A DNA stretch of 64,000 bases. Origin: an uncultured Gammaproteobacteria bacterium (GTDB lineage Bacteria; Pseudomonadota; Gammaproteobacteria; JASBUN01). Where the stretch lies: the NCBI GenBank assembly GCA_963849825.1, contig CAWKIK010000003.1, positions 361,397-425,396 on the forward strand. Reading direction: 5' to 3'. A model generated the notes under the pieces. It did no database searches and was not told where the DNA came from. It worked only from the letters and a program-made list of their open reading frames with translations. This document shows positions 20,358-30,148 of this stretch, one piece after another (position 1 is the stretch's first letter; every line of letters begins with the position of its first letter). Position numbers and translations under genes: made by a program.

Positions 20358-20750
20358 TTATTCGGACTTCTCCCAGGCGAACGTGCAGTCGAGGTGAGCG
20401 CGCACTGCGATCAACCCACCCAGGCCATCTTCGACAATAGTAGCCACGGGTGTGCGCTGGTTGAACCGTCGGTGGGGCTCATTCATCCACTGCGGTCCCA
20501 TGTTGGCGTTGCGGGGAAAGGTGGTGCGCAGGGCTTCCGCGATACCGACCAGGTGCTCCACCCGCTCCGTGACACGGGGGTCCTGCGGCAGCGGTGTATC
20601 CTGACGGTAGCGGCGCACGGCCCGACTCGGCGTACCCTCCGGCAGGCCCAGGACAGCGACTTGGTCGGAGTCGCGCAGGCCCCAGGTATCGAGGATATTG
20701 ATAATCACTCGAGTTGCTGCAACCTGATCGTCGAAATTCATGTCCTGCAT
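20358..20750 (-). CDS. Xre/MbcA/ParS-type antitoxin-like protein (DUF2384 toxin-binding domain)
   Basis: 130 aa with GGAGA upstream. The C-terminal region ([34 protein letters not shown]) matches my recollection of the DUF2384 pattern. Confidence 0.55.
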   Translation of the reverse strand: MQDMNFDDQVAATRVIINILDTWGLRDSDQVAVLGLPEGTPSRAVRRYRQDTPLPQDPRVTERVEHLVGIAEALRTTFPRNANMGPQWMNEPHRRFNQRTPVATIVEDGLGGLIAVRAHLDCTFAWEKSE

Positions 20751-20874
20751 GGTGTCTCCGTTGCCGGGGTCGCCGCGCGAGGATCGCGAAGCTGGCTGGA
20801 ATTGTATCACGCCGATTGCCGCGCCTCTTAGCTCAAGCCCCTGTGTCTGTTGAGGTTTATTTTGACCGACCACC

Positions 20875-20892
20875 GTGTCATGACCTTGTCAC
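20875..20892 (+). promoter_or_regulatory. Pho-box-like direct repeat
   Basis: GTGTCAT-gacc-TTGTCAC matches CTGTCAT-N4-CTGTCAC at 6/7 plus 6/7. A TGCAAT -10-like hexamer lies about 10 nt downstream. The element ends 49 bp upstream of the small ORF at 20941. Confidence 0.3.
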
Positions 20893-20940
20893 GGAGATCT
20901 GCTGCAATCGCAGCCGTCTACAATCACGCGCGGAGCACGA

Positions 20941-21147
20941 ATGGACGAACCTTATACCAGCGAATGGTGGCTCTGGCAGATGTATCGCCGCGTAGCCGCT
21001 TACGTCAACGATCCGAGCACGTGCAATGAGGCGCGGCTCCTGGGGCTGATCGACGACTATCGCAGTCATTCCCTCTCCGCCGCGGACCCCGGCCGAACTG
21101 CGCCCGCCCGCCGCGGTCCACATCCAGCCTGCAACGGTCGCAGTTGA
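20941..21147 (+). CDS. Possible small protein (68 aa), hypothetical
   Basis: ATG preceded by GGAG. The N-terminal 45 aa look protein-like (MDEPYTSEWWLWQMYRRVAAYVNDPSTCNEARLLGLIDDY). The C-terminus is low complexity. Confidence 0.25.
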   Translation: MDEPYTSEWWLWQMYRRVAAYVNDPSTCNEARLLGLIDDYRSHSLSAADPGRTAPARRGPHPACNGRS

Positions 21148-21158
21148 CCGCCAAGGCC

Positions 21159-21995
21159 TTACTTGGTCGCAAATGGCGCGGTCAATTGCCGTACCACGTC
21201 GTACTCGCTGTCTTCTACCGGCGCGAAGCCGTCGTACTTTTTGTCCAACGCCTGAATGACAGCGCCATGTTTCGGGTCCGAGGCATCCAGCTTCAAGAAT
21301 GCAGCACGCAACTGGGCGAGGAGTTTCGGATCGACAACGCGGCTGGCGGCAATGTTGTAGGGCGGCAGATGGGGCGAACTGTACAAGATGCGGACGCCTT
21401 TACCCCGCCATTTGAATGCCATCGTGTCCTTGAGAATGCCCGCATCGAAATCGCCACTCATGACGCCACGGACGATGTTGTCGTAATGACCGAGAAATCG
21501 GTATTCGCGCAAGTCATCGAGCGGCATGCCGGCGCCGACCACCACTGCGCGCTGCAGCAGCGCCGCAGGATCGCCGAACGCGAAACGCGTCCCCTTCAGA
21601 TCGGCAACCGACTTGATCGGGCTGTCCTCGCGCACGACAATCATCAGCTGAAATGAGGCCTGACCATTGGTGACGGTTTTGGCGACCAGTTGTGCGCCAC
21701 CCTCGGCATGGGCGCGGAGATAGGCGACCGGGGTCAGATACGCGAGTTCCACCTTCCCGCTTGCCAGCGCGTCGATGGCGGCGGGCATGTCCGGCGATAA
21801 CTGCAACCGAACCGGTCGCCCCAGTTCCGCACTCAGATACTCTGTCAGCGGCGTCAATCTCCTGTGCATGACAGGGGGAATATCCATGGCCACGGAGCCG
21901 AATCGAATCTCAGCGTTTTTCCCGCCGACCGCGCCCCAGGCGGGGATCAATACAAGGGCGAACAGCAAACACAGCAGTTTGGACAGCAATTTCAT
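21159..21995 (-). CDS. PhnD-like phosphate/phosphonate ABC-type periplasmic substrate-binding protein
   Basis: Signal peptide MKLLSKLLCLLFALVLIPAWG, and PhnD-family blocks (IRFGSVAMD ... ELAYLTPVAY ... FAFGDPAA). It starts 13 bp after the upstream GGDEF gene. No ABC permease or ATPase gene is adjacent. Confidence 0.75.
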   Translation of the reverse strand: MKLLSKLLCLLFALVLIPAWGAVGGKNAEIRFGSVAMDIPPVMHRRLTPLTEYLSAELGRPVRLQLSPDMPAAIDALASGKVELAYLTPVAYLRAHAEGGAQLVAKTVTNGQASFQLMIVVREDSPIKSVADLKGTRFAFGDPAALLQRAVVVGAGMPLDDLREYRFLGHYDNIVRGVMSGDFDAGILKDTMAFKWRGKGVRILYSSPHLPPYNIAASRVVDPKLLAQLRAAFLKLDASDPKHGAVIQALDKKYDGFAPVEDSEYDVVRQLTAPFATK

Positions 21996-22008
21996 GACAT
22001 TCTCTCTA

Positions 22009-23334
22009 TCAGGCGTGGCGGGAATGAGCGGCGAAATCAAGACTGGAGAACTCGGTAACGCGATTGCGGCCGTCGGACTTGCTGGCATATAACGCCGCGT
22101 CGGCCTGGCGGAAACATTCCTCGGCACTGGGTACTTCCGCGCTGGCGGTCACACTGGTGATGCCGATGCTGACGGTCACGCTCAACTGCTCTCCGTCGAC
22201 TTGGATCGACGATTCTTCGATGCGTTTGCGCAGGTTCTCGCCGATTTTCGCGGCTTCATTGGCTCCGGCGTGGCGACACAGGGCCACGAATTCTTCACCG
22301 CCGATACGGCATACCACGTCGGTCTTGCGCAGTGAGGCCTCCAGCAGGCTCGCCACACGCTGCAACACGGTATCGCCGCTCTTGTGCCCGTAGGTGTCGT
22401 TGACCCGCTTGAAATGATCGATATCGATCAGCAGCACGGAACATGGGGCGCCGTGGCGGGCGAACATTGCCAGCTCCGCTTCCATGATGCCCTCGAAATG
22501 CCGACGGTTGTACAGACCTGTGAGCGGGTCCGTGATCGACAATTTGGTCAACTCTTCGTTTACCCGCCGCAGTTCGCTGGATTGACGCAGCAGCTGACGG
22601 TTGGATTCGCGCAACTGGGTATCGGCGAGATCGATCTTGGACTGCAGGCGTTGATTGACCACGTTCAACTGCGCCCGCATGCGATTGAACTGCATGGCGA
22701 GATTGCCGAACTCATCGTCGCCCGTCAGCGGGATATCCCGCGAAATAGTGCCGTCGTCTCCCACGCCGTTGCCAAGCGAACTGGAAATGACCGTCACGGG
22801 GCGCACAATCAAGTACGACAGCGCCAGGAACTCGCCGAGCGCGATCAGTACAATGATAAATGCCTCGCGTTTGATCAGCGCGTCCCGACGTTGCTCCATC
22901 TGATCAATGATGCGCGTATTGTCCAGGCCGAGGCTCAATGCGCCGACTTTCTGACCATCAAACACGATGTCGCGCTGAAAGGTAGCGCCGTTGCCGCCGG
23001 TCACACCACTATGGCCGGATTCGGCCATCAGATTGCCCTGATCGCTCACCACCCGCGCATAGGCGATATCCTGGGATTGGACGATTTCGTCGAGCAGCAT
23101 CTGCACAGCGTGATAGTTGTAACCTACGACACTGAACGCGAGCGCCTGGGAAACGAAGCGTGACAGGTCCTCTCCGCGCTGCATGGTTTCGTGGAGGACA
23201 TCGTTCTTTTGCTCGCGCAGCGTCAGCCAACCCGTAAACGTGAGCGACAGCGACAGAACGCCGAGCAATACGAGCACCATCTTCTGGCGCACGCCGAGGC
23301 GCAAAATCGCGGTCAATCGGTAAAGAATGCGCAT
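22009..23334 (-). CDS. Membrane sensor diguanylate cyclase (periplasmic domain - HAMP - coiled coil - GGDEF)
   Basis: Two TM segments flank a domain of about 150 aa. A HAMP domain follows, then a GGEEF active site with an I-site (RKTD-VVCRI-GGEEF). Confidence 0.85.
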   Translation of the reverse strand: MRILYRLTAILRLGVRQKMVLVLLGVLSLSLTFTGWLTLREQKNDVLHETMQRGEDLSRFVSQALAFSVVGYNYHAVQMLLDEIVQSQDIAYARVVSDQGNLMAESGHSGVTGGNGATFQRDIVFDGQKVGALSLGLDNTRIIDQMEQRRDALIKREAFIIVLIALGEFLALSYLIVRPVTVISSSLGNGVGDDGTISRDIPLTGDDEFGNLAMQFNRMRAQLNVVNQRLQSKIDLADTQLRESNRQLLRQSSELRRVNEELTKLSITDPLTGLYNRRHFEGIMEAELAMFARHGAPCSVLLIDIDHFKRVNDTYGHKSGDTVLQRVASLLEASLRKTDVVCRIGGEEFVALCRHAGANEAAKIGENLRKRIEESSIQVDGEQLSVTVSIGITSVTASAEVPSAEECFRQADAALYASKSDGRNRVTEFSSLDFAAHSRHA

Positions 23335-23552
23335 GGCTTCCACGGTCCCGGCCGCCGGCACTACGACCTGATTAGCTTCCAACCCCCCAAGGAACAATCC
23401 TGTAAGGGTAATGGGCGCGACTTGGCGGCAGCTCGGCGGACACTGCCGGAATTCGCACTCGGACTATGAATCGGCCGGTCGCTCGCAGCCTTTAGGCGAG
23501 AAGCTCAAAATGGATGAATCTGAAGGGATTTCGTGATTTGGATGGGAAGATC

Positions 23553-23984
23553 TCAACATTGCTCCCACGGTAACCCGTGGAAACGCCACCCGCCGCTGCT
23601 GCTGCGGTGGTGATGGTCATCGAGGTCCCCCTCGAAACCCTCGGCAATATTGTAAACCTCGGTAAAACCTTCCTTGAGCAAGAGCTCGCCGGCGGCATGG
23701 GAGCGTTTGCCGCTGCGGCAGATCAAAATCACCGGCGCGCAGCCGGCGTCTTCGTCGCAACTCACGCCGCCGAGCAGCACCTTGCGCACTTCGGTCACGA
23801 AATGGGGATTGATCACCCAGTCCGGCTCATCGATCCAGGGGACATGAATCGCACCCGCGGGATGACCCACGAAAAGAAACTCCATATTCGAGCGCACATC
23901 GATCAACACCGCCCGCGGATCTTCCTGCAATTTTTGCCACGCCGCCTGGGGCGTGAGCGGTTTGACCGTGCGCTCGACCATCAT
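23553..23984 (-). CDS. Rhodanese-like domain protein
   Basis: Active-site loop CRSGKRS and the VLIDVRSNMEF motif. The start was chosen at MMVERTV. Confidence 0.8.
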   Translation of the reverse strand: MMVERTVKPLTPQAAWQKLQEDPRAVLIDVRSNMEFLFVGHPAGAIHVPWIDEPDWVINPHFVTEVRKVLLGGVSCDEDAGCAPVILICRSGKRSHAAGELLLKEGFTEVYNIAEGFEGDLDDHHHRSSSGGWRFHGLPWEQC

Positions 23985-24121
23985 CCGTCCCGAAAACTGC
24001 CAACGATGGCTGCGAGTATAACCCGTATCAACACGGCCCATGAACCGAAGCGTCGCCAATCCGGCGAATCCCCACCACATCCGGGTTGATGTGCGCGATT
24101 CGCGGCCCGATCATGGTGGCC

Positions 24122-25609
24122 ATGAAACCATTGCAACAACTACGCTTCGACAATTCCTATGCACGCCTCCCGGAGCCGTTCCACAGCCGCCAGGCGCCGA
24201 CCCCGTTCAGCAGCGCGCGGGTCACTGCCTTCAACCTGCGGGCGGCGCGTCTGTTGGATCTCGACCCCGCGGAAGCGACGAACCCGGCGTTCGTCGCCGC
24301 GCTGACCGGCGCGGCGCCGCTGAGCGGAGCGGACCCGGTAGCCATGTGCTATTCCGGGCATCAGTTCGGCCACTATGTCCCGCGTCTCGGCGACGGCAGG
24401 GCGGTTCTGCTCGGCGAAGTGCTTGGCGAAGACGGCCTGCGCTGGGACCTGCATCTCAAAGGCGCCGGGCCCACCCTTTATTCGCGCAGCGGCGACGGGC
24501 GCGCCGTGCTCCGTTCCACTATTCGCGAATATCTGTGCAGCGAAGCCATGCACAGCCTCGACATACCCAGTAGCCGCGCACTGTGCATCATCGCCAGCGA
24601 CGACGAAGTCTATCGTGAACGCATCGAAACGGGCGCCATGCTGTTACGCATGGCACCCAGTCACGTGCGCTTCGGCAGCTTCGAATACTTTTACTATCAG
24701 AACCGCTTCGAGGATCTCAAACGACTGGCCGACTACGTGATCGACCTGCATTTTCCGGTCTTGCGCAATGAACGGGATCCGTATGCCGCACTGCTTGCGC
24801 AAGTCATCGAGCGCACCGCGCACCTGATCGCCCGGTGGCAAGCGGTGGGTTTTGCCCACGGCGTCATGAACAGCGATAACATGGCCATTCTGGGCTTCAC
24901 TTTGGACTATGGCCCGTTCGGCTTTCTCGATACCTACGAGCCCGGTTATATCTGCAATCATTCCGACCATCAGGGCCGCTACGCATTCGACCAGCAGCCC
25001 GGCATCGGCCTGTTCAACTTGAGCTGTCTAGCCCAGGCGATGTTGCCACTGTTGGACGCCGCGGACCCCGAAGGGGCTGCCGAACAGGCCCGGACGCTGT
25101 TGCAGGACTACGAACCTGCATTGCTGCGGGAATTTGCGCACCGCATGGGCGCCAAACTCGGTTTGCGCACCGCGGACGACGACGATGGCGCTCTGATCTC
25201 GGATCTGCTGCAACTGATGGCCGAGCAGCGCATCGACTACACCTTGTTTTTTCGCCGCTTGTGCGCGTTCGAGGCTTCGCCATCCGCACAATCGGCCGCC
25301 GCCGCGGACCTGTTCCCGGATCCGGCGGCCTTCGAACAGTGGGCACAACGCTATCGGCAACGCCTGCTGCGCGAGCACAGCGATGACTGCGAACGACGCA
25401 CCGCCATGCTGCGGACGAATCCGAAATTCGTGCTACGCAACTATATGGCACAGATCGCAATCGAGCGTGCAGAGCGCGGCGATTTCAGCGAAACGGAAAC
25501 GCTGCTGCGCCTATTGCAGACGCCATTCGACGAGCATCCTGAAAACGAACACTACGCCGGACCGCCGCCGGAATGGGCGCAGGGAATCGAGGTGAGCTGT
25601 TCGTCTTGA
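24122..25609 (+). CDS. selO: Protein adenylyltransferase SelO (YdiU family)
   Basis: FDNSYARLP, YSGHQFG, GDGRAVLLGE, LHLKGAGPT, HVRFG and HGVMNSDNM blocks. The C-terminus ends in VSCSS, with Cys at the antepenultimate position. Confidence 0.9.
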   Translation: MKPLQQLRFDNSYARLPEPFHSRQAPTPFSSARVTAFNLRAARLLDLDPAEATNPAFVAALTGAAPLSGADPVAMCYSGHQFGHYVPRLGDGRAVLLGEVLGEDGLRWDLHLKGAGPTLYSRSGDGRAVLRSTIREYLCSEAMHSLDIPSSRALCIIASDDEVYRERIETGAMLLRMAPSHVRFGSFEYFYYQNRFEDLKRLADYVIDLHFPVLRNERDPYAALLAQVIERTAHLIARWQAVGFAHGVMNSDNMAILGFTLDYGPFGFLDTYEPGYICNHSDHQGRYAFDQQPGIGLFNLSCLAQAMLPLLDAADPEGAAEQARTLLQDYEPALLREFAHRMGAKLGLRTADDDDGALISDLLQLMAEQRIDYTLFFRRLCAFEASPSAQSAAAADLFPDPAAFEQWAQRYRQRLLREHSDDCERRTAMLRTNPKFVLRNYMAQIAIERAERGDFSETETLLRLLQTPFDEHPENEHYAGPPPEWAQGIEVSCSS

Positions 25610-25657
25610 AGCGGCAGCGGCATAATGGGGATTCGACAACGCCGCGATGGTGACGCC

Positions 25658-26302
25658 ATGAATTCCGCTGCGCCCGATGCGCTGCTGCTGCTCGCGCCGG
25701 GCTGCCCCCACTGCCCCACGGTGCTGGACGGCCTCGCGCACTTGGTGAAGGACGGTCGCCTCGGCAGCCTGGAGGTGGTCAATATCGCAGCGCGCCCCGA
25801 GCGCGCCACGGCCCTCGGTGCCCGCTCGGTCCCCTGGGTAAGGATCGGCGAATTCGTACTGGAAGGATTGCGCAGTCCCCATGAACTGGCCCGCTGGGCG
25901 GCGCTGTCGGGCACCGATGAAGGCATCCGCGAGTATGTGAGTTGGCGGCTCAAAGCAGGCGCCCTGGCCGAACTGGAAGCGCTACTGGCGCGGCACCCAC
26001 ACTGGCCGCCGGCCTTGTTGCCGCTGGTCGCAGACCCCGACACGGAGTTGCATGTGCGCATCGGCCTGGGTGCGCTGTTCGAGTCCATGGCCGCCAGCCC
26101 CCGGTTGCAGGAACTGGTGCCGGCGCTCGGACAACTGAGCAGCCACGCCGATCATCGGGTACGAAGCGACGCTTGCCATTATCTGGCGCTGTCGGGCAGC
26201 CGCGACGCGATCCCCTTTTTGCGCGCGCGACTCGATGATACCGAATCCGAAGTGCGTGAAATTGCCGCTGAAAGCCTTGCCGAATTGGCCGCAGCTCCAT
26301 GA
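25658..26302 (+). CDS. Thioredoxin-fold (CPHC) domain fused to HEAT/PBS-lyase-like repeats
   Basis: The N-terminus LLLAPGCPHCPTV ... ALGARSVPWV resembles a glutaredoxin/thioredoxin. The C-terminal half has HEAT-like repeats (ADHRVRSDACHYLALSGSRDAIPFLRARLDDTESEVREIAAESLAEL). Confidence 0.6.
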   Translation: MNSAAPDALLLLAPGCPHCPTVLDGLAHLVKDGRLGSLEVVNIAARPERATALGARSVPWVRIGEFVLEGLRSPHELARWAALSGTDEGIREYVSWRLKAGALAELEALLARHPHWPPALLPLVADPDTELHVRIGLGALFESMAASPRLQELVPALGQLSSHADHRVRSDACHYLALSGSRDAIPFLRARLDDTESEVREIAAESLAELAAAP

Positions 26303-26595
26303 CCGAGCTGGCGCTGGTTGCCGCGGCTGCCGCAATCGCCTGGTATTGGTTTTCCAGCCTGCGGGCGCGCGAACACGCCTCGCACGCCGCCGCCGAAGCC
26401 TGCCGCCGGCAGGAATTGCAATTTCTCGATGACACCGTTGCGCTGCAACGACTGGGCGTGGTGCGCGACGGTTACGGGCACCTGGCGCTGCGACGGACTT
26501 ATCGCTTCGAGTACAGTCAGATCGGCAACGATCGGCAACAGGGCTTCATCATCGTGGTCGGCGCCCGGGTCGAGACCGTCGGCCTGGCTTCCTGA
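26299..26595 (+). CDS. DUF3301 domain protein (small, membrane-anchored)
   Basis: N-terminal TM helix, then a conserved-looking core LQFLDDTVAL ... RTYRFEYS. The ATGA overlaps the upstream gene. Confidence 0.6.
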   Translation: MTELALVAAAAAIAWYWFSSLRAREHASHAAAEACRRQELQFLDDTVALQRLGVVRDGYGHLALRRTYRFEYSQIGNDRQQGFIIVVGARVETVGLAS

Positions 26596-26606
26596 GCGCG
26601 CAAGCC

Positions 26607-27356
26607 CTAGCCCACCGGCAGCGCTTGCCAGGAATGGCCGGCTGCGGAAAGCGCTTCCTGCAGGGCCGGCCAGGCTTCCTCGACTGTGACCCGATCACCT
26701 CGCACCCCGAGTTCGATCTGCGCCCGTGGGGCATCGAGGGTGGGCAGGCTCGACAGGCGCACCTTTGGAAACCGGACCGTGAGCGACTCCAGTATCGGCA
26801 GCAGTTCGGATTCCGGTACATCCCAGACCTGCAACGCACGATCGACGATCCGTTCTGCGGCGAACCGGTCCCGGTAATAGCACTCCAGTACCCACTCCAT
26901 CATCGGCCACGCCATGCGCGGGAACCCCGGCAGAAAATGGTGGTCGCCCCAGCTGAAGCCGGGAATGCGGTTGTAAGGGTTGGGGATGATGCGACTGCGT
27001 TCAGGAAACTCCGCCATGCGGATGCGATGCGGATACGCCTGGGCACCGAATTGCGCTTCGATCTCCGCCACCGCCTGCGGATGGCGCACCAGACTGACAC
27101 CCGCGGCCCGCGCGGCGCACTGGCGGGTACGATCATCGGGCGTGGCGCCGATGCCGCCGAAACTGAACACCACATCCTCGCTCGCCAGGGTCGCGCGCAA
27201 CTCGATTTCCAGGCGCCGGGCGTCGTCGCCGAGCATATGCGCCCAGTCCAGGTTCAAGCCCCGCGCGCCCAACAACTCGATGCTGGCGGCGAGGTGGCGG
27301 TCCTGGCGTTTGCCGCTGAGCAGTTCGTCGCCGATGATGAGCAACCCGAAGCCCAT
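26607..27356 (-). CDS. CinA-like competence/damage-inducible protein, molybdopterin-binding (MoCF) domain
   Basis: N-terminal GLLIIGDELLSGKRQDRH and GGIGATPDD motifs. Confidence 0.75.
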   Translation of the reverse strand: MGFGLLIIGDELLSGKRQDRHLAASIELLGARGLNLDWAHMLGDDARRLEIELRATLASEDVVFSFGGIGATPDDRTRQCAARAAGVSLVRHPQAVAEIEAQFGAQAYPHRIRMAEFPERSRIIPNPYNRIPGFSWGDHHFLPGFPRMAWPMMEWVLECYYRDRFAAERIVDRALQVWDVPESELLPILESLTVRFPKVRLSSLPTLDAPRAQIELGVRGDRVTVEEAWPALQEALSAAGHSWQALPVG

Positions 27357-27366
27357 GGCGCAGCAG

Positions 27367-28110
27367 TCAGGGAAAAGCCCAGGCGGGAATGCAGCGGGCG
27401 GCGTCGCGCAAGGTTTGTTCGCAATAGCGATATTCGGGGCAGTGGCGCTCCACCAGCGCCCAGTAACGACGCGAGTGGTTCAAAAACACCGTGTGGCAGA
27501 GTTCGTGTACGAGCAGATAGCGGGCCGCCGTCGGATCGACGAACAGCAGGTTGCGGTTTACGTTGATGTTGCGCTGCGCCGAACAACTGCCCCAACGCGT
27601 TTTTTGCGCACGGATCGACGCGCCGCGGTATGGCAGATCCAGTTCCAGGCTGAGTTCCCTCAACCAGGGCAGCAGCCGCCGCCGGGCGCGTGAATTGAGC
27701 CATTCGCAAAGCGCGGCTTGCATCTGCGCCTGGGTCTGCTGGCGAATCAATACGCGATTGCCGGCGTGAAAGCGTTCGCTGAAACGACGTGCGACGGCGC
27801 CGTACTCGACCCGCCAGCGCTCATCGATGGCGGGGAACTCGACGGATTGCGGAAGTACGGCGTCGAGCTCCGGCGTTTGCGCGCGCTGCGCGCGCACCTG
27901 AGCCAGGGTGCGCCTCAACCAATCGGAATGTTGGCGCACGAACGCTTCCGCGGCATATCGGTCGCAGTGGACCGGAACCACCAATTCCACTTCCGCAAGA
28001 TGGGAAACCTTGAGCTGGAGATAACGGGCGCGCTTGCTCTTGCGGATCGAATAGTGTGGTAATTCCTCCAACAACTGCTTACTTGCGTCGCGCCCGCTCA
28101 TGCTCCGCAT
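27367..28110 (-). CDS. YgjP-like/M48-family metal-dependent hydrolase (DUF45)
   Basis: A C-terminal HELCH zinc motif in the context [20 protein letters not shown]. Confidence 0.8.
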   Translation of the reverse strand: MRSMSGRDASKQLLEELPHYSIRKSKRARYLQLKVSHLAEVELVVPVHCDRYAAEAFVRQHSDWLRRTLAQVRAQRAQTPELDAVLPQSVEFPAIDERWRVEYGAVARRFSERFHAGNRVLIRQQTQAQMQAALCEWLNSRARRRLLPWLRELSLELDLPYRGASIRAQKTRWGSCSAQRNINVNRNLLFVDPTAARYLLVHELCHTVFLNHSRRYWALVERHCPEYRYCEQTLRDAARCIPAWAFP

Positions 28111-28218
28111 TGTCGCCCCTGTCCAGCCCGTGTCAACAAGGTGTCGATGTTGGGCCTGTATCCGCGCCCGGTTCCTCTATATACTTGGCAAGCTCGCAAA
28201 CCACACCCCCTTCAGTTG

Positions 28219-28749
28219 ATGTCAAAACAAAGCAGTTTTTCCTACGAAAAGTTACTCGAATGCGGACACGGTCGGCTTTTTGGCCGTGGCAATGCACAAT
28301 TGCCGTTGCCGCCGATGCTGATGTTCGACCGCATCACCCACATCAGCGAGGAAGGCGGCGCCTTCGGCAAAGGCGAAATCATCGCTGAACTGGATATCAA
28401 CCCCGAGCTCTGGTTCTTCGCCTGCCACTTCGAAGGCGACCCGGTGATGCCGGGCTGCCTGGGTCTCGATGCCTTGTGGCAACTGGTCGGTTTCTTCCTA
28501 GGATGGATGGGCGCGCCGGGCCGCGGTCGCGCATTGGGATGCGGCGATGTGCGGTTCACGGGACAAGTCACACCGGACAACCGCCTCATCACTTATCACG
28601 TCAATCTGAAACGACTGATCATGCGCCGACTGATCATGGGCATTGCCGATGCGTCCCTGTCAGTGGACGGTACTGAGATCTACACGGCGAAGGATCTGCG
28701 AGTGGGGCTATTCGCCGATACCGGGGGGCTGGAGGATGCACAGGCATGA
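28219..28749 (+). CDS. fabA: 3-hydroxydecanoyl-ACP dehydratase/isomerase
   Basis: The start at [18 protein letters not shown] gives about 176 aa. The FabA active-site region is [27 protein letters not shown]. Confidence 0.9.
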   Translation: MSKQSSFSYEKLLECGHGRLFGRGNAQLPLPPMLMFDRITHISEEGGAFGKGEIIAELDINPELWFFACHFEGDPVMPGCLGLDALWQLVGFFLGWMGAPGRGRALGCGDVRFTGQVTPDNRLITYHVNLKRLIMRRLIMGIADASLSVDGTEIYTAKDLRVGLFADTGGLEDAQA

Positions 28750-29963
28750 GACGCGTAGTCATCACCGGCATGGGCGCCGTTTCGAGTCTGGGCGCGAACC
28801 TGGAGCAGATTCGCGACTCCCTGCGTGAAGGGCGTTCCGGCATCCGCTTCATTCCCGAATATCGCGAACTGGGATTCCGCAGCCAAGTGGCGGGCGCACC
28901 GCCGATCGATCCTGCCGAGCGTATCGACCGCAAGCTGCTGCGGTTCATGGGCGACGCCGCAGCCTATACGTACCTGGCGATGGAGGAAGCGCTTGCCAAT
29001 GCCGGCCTCGACGCCGACCAAATTTCCGATCCTCGTATTGGCCTGATTACCGGCTCAGGCGGCTCGTCCACCGCCAACATGCTCGCGGCCACGGATGCCT
29101 TGCGCGCCAAAGGCGTACGCCGGGTCGGCCCGTACATGGTGACCCGCACCATGGGCAGCACCACATCGGCTTGCGTCGGAACCGCGTACCGGATCAAAGG
29201 TACCTGCTATTCACTGTCCTCCGCCTGCGCCACCAGCGCGCACTGCATCGGCACGGCCATGGAGCAGATTCAGCTGGGCAAACAGGATTTGGTGTTCGCC
29301 GGCGGTGGCGAAGAGCTGCATTGGACCATGAGTGTCCTGTTCGACGCCATGGGCGCGCTGGCTTCCAATCACAATGACGAACCCGAACGCGCTTGCCGAC
29401 CCTACGACCGCGACCGCGACGGCTTCGTCATCGCCGGCGGCGGTGGCATGGTGGTGGTCGAGGAACTGGAGCACGCGCTGGCCCGGGGCGCCAACATACT
29501 CGCTGAAATCGTCGGCTACGGCGCGACATCCGACGGCTACGACATGGTGCAACCCTCGGGCGAAGGCGCGGTGCGATGCATGCGCATGGCGTTGGAAGGC
29601 GTTTCCGGGCCCATCGACTACATCAATGCCCATGGCACCGGAACGCCGGTGGGCGACGGCCGCGAACTGGAGGCTATCAAGGAAGTGTTCGGTGAGGCCA
29701 TACCGCCGGTCTCCTCGACCAAATCCCTTTCCGGCCACTCGTTGGGCGCCGCCGGCGTGCAGGAGGCGGTCTACAGCTTGCTGATGATGCGCGACGGGTT
29801 CATCAGCGCCTCGGCCAATATCGACAATCTGGATGCGGAGGCTGAAGGCGTACCCGTAGTACGGAGTTTGCGCGAGAACGTCAGTATGCAGCGAATTCTC
29901 TCCAACAGCTTTGGATTCGGCGGCGCCAACGCCTGCCTGGTGCTCGAACGCTTCCAGCCATAG
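28746..29963 (+). CDS. fabB: Beta-ketoacyl-ACP synthase I
   Basis: 405 aa. The active-site Cys lies in [12 protein letters not shown], with the His-His region ([20 protein letters not shown]). ATGA overlap with fabA. Confidence 0.9.
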   Translation: MRRVVITGMGAVSSLGANLEQIRDSLREGRSGIRFIPEYRELGFRSQVAGAPPIDPAERIDRKLLRFMGDAAAYTYLAMEEALANAGLDADQISDPRIGLITGSGGSSTANMLAATDALRAKGVRRVGPYMVTRTMGSTTSACVGTAYRIKGTCYSLSSACATSAHCIGTAMEQIQLGKQDLVFAGGGEELHWTMSVLFDAMGALASNHNDEPERACRPYDRDRDGFVIAGGGGMVVVEELEHALARGANILAEIVGYGATSDGYDMVQPSGEGAVRCMRMALEGVSGPIDYINAHGTGTPVGDGRELEAIKEVFGEAIPPVSSTKSLSGHSLGAAGVQEAVYSLLMMRDGFISASANIDNLDAEAEGVPVVRSLRENVSMQRILSNSFGFGGANACLVLERFQP

Positions 29964-30148
29964 CAAGCCCGAGAGCCGCCCGAAGCCCGGCGGCCGGCCC
30001 CCGAGCCGTTCCCCGATTGCCAATCACCGGCCCCTTTATTTTGCCGTCACCCCTCCCCGCGCCGTACCGCGCGCTACTCTTTAGTTATTGAATTTGGAGC
30101 CGATATGGTTCGAGATTCAGTCCAAAACCCTTTAGGAGCCCGGTCGAC

